Source: Malacoraja senta (taxonomy: Eukaryota). From it: DNA of 64,000 nucleotides. The notes below the pieces were generated by a model, which searched no databases, was not told the DNA's origin, and saw only the letters and a program-made list of their open reading frames with translations. Position 1 is the first letter of the stretch; each line of letters starts with the position of its first letter. The DNA is taken from the NCBI GenBank assembly GCA_038087875.1, contig CM075996.1, positions 3,660,001 to 3,724,000 on the forward strand, read 5' to 3'. Positions 63,098 through 64,000 of the stretch are shown here, one piece after another. Both the position numbers and the translations under genes were made by a program.

Positions 63098-63637
63098 ATG
63101 TCTGAGGAAGGACATTATAGCCATAGAGGGAGTGCAGAGAAGGTTCACCAGACTGAGTCCTGGGATGTCAGGACTTTCATATGAAGAAAGACTGGATAGA
63201 CTTGGCTTATACTCGCTAGAATTTAGGAGGTTGAGAGGGGATCTTATAGAAACGTACAAAATTCTTGTGGGGTTGGACAGGCTAGATGCAGGAAGATTGT
63301 TCCCGATGTTGGGGAAGTCCAGGACAAGGGGTCACAGCTTAAGGATAAGGGGGAAATGCTTTAAGACCGAGATGAGGAAAAACTTTTTCACACAGAGAGT
63401 GGTGAATCTCTGGAACTCTCTGCCACAGAGGGTAGTCGAGGCCAGTTCATTGGCTATATTTAAGAGGGAGTTAGATGTGGCCCTTGTGGCTAAGGGGATC
63501 AGGGGGTATGGAGAGAAGGCAGGTACGGGATACTGAGTTGGATGATCAGCCATGATCATATTGAATGGCGGTGCAGGCTCGAAGGGCCGAATGGCCTACT
63601 CCTGCACCTATTTTCTATGTATCTATGTATCTATGTC
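63098..63637 (+). mobile_element. CR1 3' fragment, frame intact
   Basis: LRKDIIAIEGVQRRFTRL.PGMSGLSYEERLDRLGLYSLEFRRLRGDLIETYK...GYGEKAGTGY*; (tatctatg)n tail. Confidence 0.9.
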
Positions 63638-64000
63638 TGTGCTTACCTATAATAAAGGAAAATATTCGCACCACCGCAATACATTATTGTAGCGAAGATA
63701 GACACAAGGTGCGAGAGTAACTCAGTGGGACAGGCAGCATCTCTGGTGAGATGAATGGGTGACGTTTCAGGTCGAGACCTTCAGCAATGGAATAGACTTA
63801 ATTTTAGCAACTCATCACACAATAGAGCAACTCACTGAGGTTGTACCTTACACCAAGGCAATATACTGCCATTGTAAAGGCAGTGTGCTATTACAATGTC
63901 TGCTATTATAATACTAGATACTGCAGCCATAGGGGCCATCGAGACAATGGTCACCGTGCTAAAGGAATATATTGAGCCTATGCAACAAATGGAGTACTAT

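Noticed and set aside
62736..63536. Longest ORF (266 aa) as a host gene
   Set aside because: Chance fusion of unique sequence, a Penelope repeat frame (LKKGLDLKRHP...) and a CR1 ORF2 C-terminus.
21090..64000. Next GRIN2B exon (expected to start near YLINVT)
   Set aside because: Not recognised by eye or in the ORF track; a short exon could be missed, so a spliced alignment is needed.

Overview
Vertebrate genomic DNA, very probably a cartilaginous fish such as a skate (inferred from the repeat families present). The only host coding sequence I can support is one 599-bp internal exon of the NMDA-receptor subunit gene GRIN2B (20487-21085, + strand, canonical AG/GT). It encodes part of the amino-terminal domain. 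The rest of the window is most likely its two flanking introns, plus a 200-N gap. The introns hold many 5'-truncated retroelements (CR1, L2, Rex-Babar, L1, V-SINE/HE1-type tRNA SINEs, one Vingi-like tail), several PIF/Harbinger-type MITEs with 3-bp TWA-like target duplications, and Penelope-like (GIY-YIG) elements. Most interesting: (i) the Penelope 3' repeat and its dozens of short, often palindromic derivatives carry a minimal hammerhead-ribozyme core (CUGAAGA-stem II-GAAAC-GUH), many copies sense to the GRIN2B pre-mRNA, and some insertions begin almost at the predicted cleavage site; (ii) a ~300-bp local inverted duplication starts at a hammerhead and looks like Penelope-driven 3' transduction; (iii) a ~1-kb near-identical inverted duplication (39950-40966 / 42714-43731); (iv) a cryptic degenerate tandem-repeat background at ~35-44 kb. 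Nearly all ORFs in the supplied track are transposon fragments or spurious. Transposon family names come from my own motif recognition, not a database search, and repeat boundaries are approximate unless a TSD is given.
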